From positions 29,001-93,000 of the forward strand of contig CAXHJY010000366.1 of assembly GCA_964016885.1 (NCBI GenBank): DNA of 64,000 nucleotides. The letters run 5' to 3'. The notes below the pieces were generated by a model. That model did not search any database. It had not been told where the DNA came from and worked only from the letters and a program-made list of their open reading frames with translations. Positions 55,101 to 64,000 of this stretch are shown here, one piece after another. The stretch's first letter is position 1; every line of letters begins with the position of its first letter. Both the position numbers and the translations under genes were made by a program. Source of the DNA: Eledone cirrhosa. Lineage: Eukaryota.

Positions 55101-58100
55101 TCTCTCTTTCTATATATATGGTAGTTGAAGTGGTGGTGGTGGTGGCAATGATATACCGGAAGTGTTGACATCACACTCTCTCTTTCTATATATATGGTAG
55201 TTGAAGTGGTGGTGGTGGTGGCAATGATATACCGGAAGTGTTGACATCAAACTCTCTCTTTCTATATATATGGTAGTGAAAGTGGTGGTGGTGGTGGCAA
55301 CGATATACCGGAGGTGTTGACATCATACTCTCTCTCTTTCTATGTTTATGGTAGTGGAAGTGGTGGTGGTGGTGGCAACGATATACCGGAGGTGTTGACA
55401 TCACACTCTCTCTTTCTATATATATATGGTAGTGGATGTGGTGGTGCTAGTGGTGGTAGCAATGATATACCGGAGGTGTTGACATCACACTCTCTCTTTC
55501 TATATATATGGTAGTAGAAGTGGTGGTGGTGGCAATGATATACCGGAAGTGTTGATATCACACTCTCTCTTTGTATATATATGGTAGTAGAAGTGGTGGT
55601 GGTGGTGGTGGCAATGATATACCGGAAGTGTTGACATCACACTCTCTTTTTCTATATATCTGGTAGTTGAAGTAATGGTGGTGGTAGTGGAAATGATATA
55701 CCGGAAGTGTTGACATCACACTCTCTCTTTCTATATATATGGTAGTGGAAGAGGTGGTGGTGGTGGCAATGCTATACCGGAAGTGTTGACATCACACACT
55801 CTCTTTCTATATATATGGTAGTTGAAGTGGTGGTGGCAATGATATACCGGAAGTGTTGACATCACACTCTCCCTTTCTATATATATGGAAGTTGAAGTGG
55901 TGGTGGTGGTGGCAATGATATACCGGAAGTGTTGACATCACACTCTCTCTTTCTATATATATGGTAGTAGAAGTGGTGGTGGTGGTGTCAATGATATACC
56001 GGAAGTGGTGACATCACACTCTCTCTTTCTACATATATGGTAGGTGAAGTGGTGGTGGTGCTGGCAATGATATACCGGAAGTGTTGACATCACACTCTCT
56101 CTTTCTATATATATGGTAGGTGAAGTGGAGGTGGTGGTGGCAATGATATACCGGAAGTGTTGACATCACACTCTCTCTTTGTATATATATATGGTAGTGG
56201 ATGTGGTGGTGCTGGTGGTGGTGGCAATGATATACCGGAAGTGTTGACATCACACTCTCTCTTTCTATATATCTGGAAGTTGAAGTGTTGGTGGTGGTGG
56301 TGGCAATGATATACCGGAAGTGTCGACATCACACTCTTTCTTTCTATATATATGGAAGTTGAACTGGTGGTGGTGGTGGTGACAATGATATACCGGAAGT
56401 GTTGATATCACACTCTCACTTTCTATATATATGGTAGTAGAAGTGGTGGTGGTGGTGGCAATGATATACCGGAAGTGTTGACATCACACTCTCTCTCTTT
56501 CTATTTATATGGTAGTTGAAGTGATGGTGGTGGTGGCAATGATATACCGGAAGTGTTGACATCACACTCTCTCTCTTTCTATTTATATGATAGTTGAAGT
56601 GATGGTGGTGGTGGCAATGATATACCGGAAGTGTTGACATCACACTCTCTCTTTCTATATATATGTTAGTGGTGGTGGTGGTGGTAATGATATACCGGAA
56701 GTCTTGACATCACACTCTCTCTTTCTAGATATATGGTAGTGGAAGTGGTGGTGGTGGTGGGAATGATATACCGGAAGTGTTGACATCACACTCTCTCTTT
56801 CTATATATATGGTAGTTGAAGTGGTGGTGGTGGTGGCAATGATATACCGGAAGTGTTGACATCACACTCTCTCTTTCTATATATATGGTAGTAGAAGAAG
56901 TGGTGGTGGTGGCAATGATATACCGGAGGTGTTGACATCACACTCTCTCTTTCTATATATATAGTAGTTGAAGTGGTGGTGGTGGTGGTGGAAATGATAT
57001 ACCGGAAATGTTGACATAACACTCTCTCTTTTTATATATATGGTAGTGGAAGTGGTGGTGGTGGTGGCAATGATATACCGGAAGTGTTGACATCACACTC
57101 TCTCTTTCTATATATATGGTAGTGGAAGTGGTGGTGGTGGTGGCAATGATATACCGGAAGTGTTGACATCACACTCTCTCTTTCTATATATATGGTAGTG
57201 GAAGAGGTGGTGGTGGTGGCAATGATATACCGGAAGTGTTGACATCACACTCTCTCTTTCTATATATATGGTAGTTGAAGTGGTGGTGGTGGTGGCAATG
57301 ATATACCGGAGGTGTTGACATCACACTCTCCCTTTCTATATATCTGGTAGTTGAAGTAATCGTGGTGGTGGTGGAAATGATATACCGGAAGTGTTGACAT
57401 CAGACTCTCTCTTTTTATATATATGGTAGTGGAAGTGGTGGTGGTGGCAATGATATACCGGAGGTGTTGACATCACACTCTCTCTTTCTATATATATGGT
57501 AGTGGAAGTGGTGGTGGTGGTGGCAATGATATACCGGAAGTGTTGACATCACACTCTCTCTTTCTATATATATGGTAGTTGAAGAGGTGGTGGTGGTGGC
57601 AATGATATACCGGAAGTGTTAACATCACACTCTCTCTTTCTATATATATGGTAGTTGAAGTGGTGGTGGTGGTGGCAATGATATACCGGAGGTGTTGACA
57701 TCACACTCTCTCTTTCTATATATATGGTAGTGGAAGAGGTGGTGGTGGTGGCAATGCTATACCGGAAGTGTTGACATCACACTCTCTCTTTCTATATATC
57801 TTGTAGTTGAGGTAATGGTGGTGGTGGTGGAAATGATATACCGGAAGTGTTGACATCACACTCTCTCTTTTTATATATATGGTAGTGGAAGTGGTGGTGG
57901 TGGTGGCAATGATATACCGGAGGTGGTGGCAATGATATACCGGAGGTGTTGACATCACACTCTCTCTTTCTATATATATGGTAGTTGAAGTAATGGTGGT
58001 GGTGGTGGAAATGATATACCGGAAGTGTTGACATCACACTCTCTCTTTTTATATATATGGTAGTTGAAGTGGTGGTGGTGGTGGCAATGATATACCGGAA

Positions 58101-61100
58101 GTATTGACATCACACTCTCTCTTTCTATATATATGGTAGTGGAAGAGGTGGTGGTGGTGGCAATGCTATACCGGAAGTGTTGACATCACACTCTCTCTTT
58201 CTATATATCTGGTAGTTGAAGTAATGGTGGTGGTGGTGGAAATGATATACCGGAAGTGTTGACATCACACTCTCTCTTTTTATATATATGGTAGTGGAAG
58301 AGGTGGTGGTGGTGGCAATGATATACCGGAAGTGTTAACATCACACTCTCTCTTTCTATATATATGGTAGTTGAAGTGGTGGTGGTGGTGGCAATGATAT
58401 ACCGGAGGTGTTGACATCACACTCTCTCTTTCTATATATATGGTAGTGGAAGAGGTGGTGGTGGTGGCAATGATATACCGGAAGTGTTAACATCACACTC
58501 TCTCTTTCTATATATATGGTAGTTGAAGTGGTGGTGGTGGTGGCAATGATATACCGGAGGTGTTGACATCACACTCTCTCTTTCTATATATCTGGTAGTA
58601 GAAGTAATGGTGGTGGTAGTGGAAATGATATACCGGAAGTGTTGACATCACACTCTCTCTTTCTATATATATGGTAGTGGAAGAGGTGGTGGTGGTGGCA
58701 ATGATATACCGGAAGTGTTGACATCACACTCTCTCTTTCTATATATATGGTAGTTGAAGTGGTGGTGGTGGTGGGAATGATATACCGGAAGTGTTGACAT
58801 CACACTCTCTCTTTCTATATATATGGTAGTTGAAGTGGTGGTGGTGGTGGGAATGATATACCGGAAGTGTTGACATCACACTCTCTCTTTCTATATATAT
58901 GGTAGTAGAAGTGGTGGTGGTGGTGATGGCAATGATATACCGGAAGTGTTGACATCACACTCTCTCTTTCTATATATATGGTAGTTGAAGTGGTGGTGGT
59001 GGTGGCAATGATATACCGGAAGTGTTGACATCACACTCTCTCTTTCTATATATGTGGTAGTGGAAGTTGTGGTGGTGGTGGCAACGATATACCGGAGGTG
59101 TTGCATCACACTCTCTCTCTTTCTATGTATATGGTAGTGGAAGTGGTGGTGGTGGTGGCAACGATATACCGGAGGTGTTGACATCACACTCTCTCTTTCT
59201 ATATATATATGGTAGTGGATGTGGTGGTGCTGGTGGTGGTGGCAATGATATACCGGAGGTGTTGACATCACACTCTCTCTTTCTATATATATGGTAGTAT
59301 AAGTGGTGGTGGTGGCAATGATATACCGGAAGTGTTGATATCACACTCTCTCTTTCTATATATATGGTAGTAGAAGTGGTGGTGGTGGTGGTGGCAATGA
59401 TATACCGGAAGTGTTGACATCACACTCTCTCTTTCTATATATATGGTAGTGGAAGTGGTGGTGGTGGTGGCAACGATATACCGGAAGTGTTGACATCACA
59501 CTCTCTCTTTCTATATATATGGTAGTGGAAGAGGTGGTGGTGGTGGCAATGATATACCGGAAGTGTTGACATCACACTCTCTCTTTCTATATATATGGTA
59601 GTGGAAGTGGTGGTGGTGGTGGCAATGATATACCGGAGGTGTTGACATCACACTCTCTCTCTTTCTATATATATGGTAGTTGAAGTGGTGGTGGTGGTGG
59701 CAATGATATACCGGAAGTGTTGATATCACACTCTCTTTTTCTATATATATGGTAGTGGAAGTGGTGGTGGTGGTGGCAACGACATACCGGAGGTGTTGAC
59801 ATCACACTCTCTCTTTCTATATATATAGTAGTGGAAGTGGTGGTGGTGGTGGCAACGATATATCGGAGGTGTTGACATCACACTCACTCTTTCTATATAT
59901 ATATGGTAGTTGAAGTGGTGGTGGTGGTGGTGGCAATGATATACCGGAGGTGTTGACATCACACTCTCTCTTTCTATATATATGGTAGTTGAAGTGGTGG
60001 TGATGGTGTCAATGATATACCGGAAGTCTTGACATCACACTCTCTCTTTCTATATATATGGTAGCTGAAGTGGAGGTGGTGGTGGCAATGATATACCGGA
60101 AGTGTTGACATCACACTCTCTCTTTGTATATATATATGGTAGTGGATGTGGTGGTGCTGGTGGTGGTGGCAATGATATACCGGAAGTGTTGACATCACAC
60201 TCTCTCTTTCTATATATCTGGAAGTTGAAGTGTTGGTGGTGGTGGTGGCAATGATATACCGGAAGTGTCGACATCACACTCTTTCTTTGTATATATATGG
60301 AAGTTGAACTGGTGGTGGTGGTGGTGACAATGATATACCGGAAGTGTTGATATCACACTCTCACTTTCTATATATATGGTAGTAGAAGTGGTGGTGGTGG
60401 TGGCAATGATATACCGGAAGTGTTGACATCACACTCTCTCTCTTTCTATTTATATGGTAGTTGACGTGATGGTGGTGGTGGCAATGATATACCGGAAGTG
60501 TTGACATCACACTCTCTCTCTTTCTATTTATATGGTAGTTGAAGTGATGGTGGTGGTGGCAATGATATACCGGAAGTGTTGACATCACACTCTCTCTTTC
60601 TATATATATGTTAGTGGTGGTGGTGGTGGTAATGATATACCGGAAGTCTTGACATCACACTCTCTCTTTCTATATATATGGTAGTGGAAGTGGTGGTGGT
60701 GGTGGGAATGATATACCGGAAGTGTTGACATCACACTCTCTCTTTCTATATATATGGTAGTTGAAGTGGTGGTGGTGGTGGCAATGATATACCGGAAGTG
60801 TTGACATCACACACTCTCTTTCTATATATATGGTAGTAGAAGAGGTGGTGGTGGTGGCAATGATATACCGGAGGTGTTGACATCACACTCTCTCTTTCTA
60901 TATATATAGTAGTTGAAGTGGTGGTGGTGGTGGTGGAAATGAGATACCGGAAATGTTGACATAACACTCTCTCTTTTTATATATATGGTAGTGGAAGTGG
61001 TGGTGGTGGTGGCAATGATATACCGGAAGTGTTGACATCACACTCTCTCTTTCTATATATATGGTAGTGGAAGTGGTGGTGGTGGTGGCAATGATATACC

Positions 61101-63420
61101 GGAAGTGTTGACATCACACTCTCTCTTTCTATATATATGGTAGTGGAAGAGGTGGTGGTGGTGGTGGCAATGATATACCGGAAGTGTTGACATCACACTC
61201 TCTCTTTCTATATATATGGTAGTTGAAGTGGTGGTGGTGGTGGCAATGATATACCGGAGGTGTTGACATCACACTCTCTCTTTCTATATATATGGTAGTT
61301 GAAGTGGTGGTGGTGGTGGCAATGATATACCGGAGGTGTTGACATCACACTCTCTCTTTCTATATATCTGGTAGTTGAAGTAATGGTGGTGGTGGTGGAA
61401 ATGATATACCGGAAGTGTTGACATCAGACTCTCTCTTTTTATATATATGGTAGTGGAAGTGGTGGTGGTGGTGGCAATGATATACCGGAGGTGTTGACAT
61501 CACACTCTCTCTTTCTATATATATGGTAGTGGAAGTGGTGGTGGTGGTGGCAATGATATACCGGAAGTGTTGACATCACACTCTCTCTTTCTATATATAT
61601 GGTAGTTGAAGTGGTGGTGGTGGTGGCAATGATATACCGGAGGTGTTGACATCACACTCTCTCTTTCTATATATATGGTAGTTGAAGTGGTGGTGGTGGT
61701 GGCAATGATATACCGGAGGTGTTGACATCACACTCTCTCTTTCTATATATATGGTAGTTGAAGTGGTGGTGGTGGTGGCAATGATATACCGGAGGTGTTG
61801 ACATCACACTCTCTCTTTCTATATATATGGTAGTTGAAGTGGTGGTGGTGGTGGCAATGCTATACCGGAAGTGTTGACATCACACTCTCTCTTTCTATAT
61901 ATCTGGTAGTTGAAGTAATGGTGGTGGTGGTGGAAATGATATACCGGAAGTGTTGACATCACACTCTCTCTTTTTATATATATGGTAGTGGAAGTGGTGG
62001 TGGTGGTGGCAATGATATACCGGAGGTGTTGACATCACACTCTCTCTTTCTATATATATGGTAGTTGAAGTAATGGTGGTGGTGGTGGAAATGATATACC
62101 GGAAGTGTTGACATCACACTCTCTCTTTTTATATATATGGTAGTGGAAGTGGTGGTGGTGGTGGCAATGATATACCGGAAGTATTGACATCACACTCTCT
62201 CTTTCTATATATATGGTAGTGGAAGAGGTGGTGGTGGTGGCAATGATATACCGGAAGTGTTAACATCACACTCTCTCTTTCTATATATATGGTAGTTGAA
62301 GTGGTGGTGGTGGTGGCAATGATATACCGGAGGTGTTGACATCACACTCTCTCTTTCTATATATCTGGTAGTAGAAGTAATGGTGGTGGTAGTGGAAATG
62401 ATATACCGGAAGTGTTGACATCACACTCTCTCTTTCTATATATATGGTAGTGGAAGAGGTGGTGGTGGTGGCAATGATATACCGGAAGTGTTGACATCAC
62501 ACTCTCTCTTTCTATATATATGGTAGTTGAAGTGGTGGTGGTGGTGGCAATGATATACCGGAAGTGTTGACATCACACTCTCTCTTTCTATATATATGGT
62601 AGTTGAAGTGGTGGTGGTGGTGGCAATGATATACCGGAAGTGTTGACATCACACTCTCTCTTTCTATATATATGGTAGTAGAAGTGGTGGTGGTGGTGAT
62701 GGCAATGATATACCGGAAGTGTTGACATCACACTCTCTCTTTCTATATATATGGTAGTGGAAGTTGTGGTAGTGGTGGCAACGATATACCGGAGGTGTTG
62801 CATCACACTCTCTCTCTTTCTATGTATATGGTAGTGGAAGTGGTGGTGGTGGTGGCAACGATATACCGGAGGTGTTGACATCACACTCTCTCTTTCTATA
62901 TATATATGGTAGTGGATGTGGTGGTGCTGGTGGTGGTGGCAATGATATACCGGAGGTGTTGACATCACACTCTCTCTTTCTATATATATGGTAGTATAAG
63001 TGGTGGTGGTGGCAATGATATACCGGAAGTGTTGATATCACACTCTCTCTTTCTATATATATGGTAGTAGAAGTGGTGGTGGTGGTGGTGGCAATGATAT
63101 ACCGGAAGTGTTGACATCACACTCTCTCTTTCTATATATATGGTAGTGGAAGTGGTGGTGGTGGTGGCAACGATATACCGGAAGTGTTGACATCACACTC
63201 TCTCTTTCTATATATATGGTAGTGGAAGAGGTGGTGGTGGTGGCAATGATATACCGGAAGTGTTGACATCACACTCTCTCTTTCTATATATATGGTAGTG
63301 GAAGTGGTGGTGGTGGTGGCAATGATATACCGGAGGTGTTGACATCACACTCTCTCTCTTTCTATATATATGGTAGTTGAAGTGGTGGTGGTGGTGGCAA
63401 TGATATATCGGAAGTGTTGA
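52200..63420. repeat. Diverged higher-order repeat of ~2.9-3.9 kb, about three copies
   Basis: ORF offsets 52277/55186 (2909), 53263/56801 (3538), 56801/60746 (3945) and 59123/62820 (3697). Shared GACATAACAC, CATCAGACT, TTGCATCAC, GTAGTATAAG and GAAGT-less monomers. Confidence 0.83.
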
Positions 63421-64000
63421 CATCACACTCTCTCTTTCTATAGATATGGTAGTGAAAGTGGTGGTGGTGGTGGTGGCAACGATATACCGGAAGTGTTAAC
63501 ATCACACTCTCTCTCTTTCTATATATATGGTAGTAGAAGTGATGGTGGTGGTGGTGGTGGCAACGATATACCGAAAGTGTCGACATCACACTCTTTCTTT
63601 CTATATATATGGAAGTTGAACTGGTGGTGGTGGTGGTGGCAATGATATACCGGAAGTGTTGACATCACACTCTCTCTTTCTATATATATGGTAGTAGAAG
63701 TGGTGGTGGTGGTGGTGGTGTCAACGATATACCGAAAGTGTCGACATCACACTCTTTCTTTCTATATATATGGAAGTTGAACTGGTGGTGGTGGTGGTGG
63801 CAATGATATACCGGAAGTGTTGACATCACACTCTCTCTTTCTATATATATGGTAGTTGATGTGGCGGTGGTGGTGGCAATGATATACCGGAAGTGTTGAC
63901 ATCACACTCTCTCTTTTTATATATATGGTAGTGGAAGTGGTGGTGGTGGTGGCAATGATATACCGGAAGTATTGACATCACACTCTCTCTTTCTATATAT

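Larger units (their letters stand above)
1..64000. repeat. Tandem satellite DNA array, ~76-bp monomer (~830 copies), continuing beyond both window edges
   Basis: CATCACACTC starts at 1 and recurs at 77. The same unit continues without interruption to 64000. Monomer lengths vary mostly by (GGT)n, (CT)n and (TA)n slippage (about 64-90+ bp). Orientation is constant throughout. Confidence 0.99.

Noticed and set aside
249-63589. Numerous His-, Pro-, Thr- or Gly-rich ORFs resembling histidine-rich or extensin-like proteins
   Set aside because: They are the reading frames of (ACC)n/(GGT)n. The 76-bp unit shifts frame each monomer, stops recur regularly, and 1-2 bp indels are freely tolerated. There is no frame conservation or unique coding sequence.
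1-64000. CRISPR array or other repeat-spacer cassette system
   Set aside because: There are no unique spacers. The whole unit is repeated with only SNPs and slippage, and no cas, integrase or RT genes are present.
1-64000. Trypanosoma brucei 70/76-bp VSG-associated repeats (similar length, TGTTG motif)
   Set aside because: Those repeats are strongly AT-rich with (TAA)n tracts. This unit is ~42% GC with (GGT)n and lacks TAA runs.
1-64000. Telomeric repeat array
   Set aside because: The G-rich strand bias is similar, but there are no short canonical telomere units. The 76-bp unit shows recombinational higher-order structure. A subtelomeric location cannot be excluded.
1-64000. Information-bearing 'code' in the three-state position 34 and two-state position 69
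   Set aside because: The order of alleles is explained by nested duplications. I saw no fixed period or pattern beyond shared ancestry.

Overview
The whole 64-kb window is one uninterrupted head-to-tail satellite array. The monomer is ~76 bp (about 830 copies, all in the same orientation, ~42% GC). Consensus: CATCACACTCTCTCTTTC-TATATATA-TGGTAGT[T/G/A]GAAGT-(GGT)4-GGCAATGATATACCGGA[A/G]GTGTTGA. I see no unique sequence, genes, RNA genes, transposon insertions, inversions or CRISPR spacers. Every ORF in the track is an artefact of reading (GGT)n/(ACC)n through a unit whose length is not a multiple of 3. The real information is in the variants. Diagnostic monomers reveal nested, locally restricted higher-order duplications with periods of about 231, 244, 315, 773, 1159, 1175, 1683, ~2800, 2892, 2940 and 3697-3945 bp, and some can be ordered in time. 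Most monomers also carry a perfect ETS-family consensus (ACCGGAAGTG) next to a TGACATCA dyad, which may or may not be functional. The sequence looks eukaryotic, but I cannot identify the organism or satellite family. I found no evidence of a new gene-encoded system. Counts and comparisons were made by eye, and block boundaries are approximate to about one monomer.
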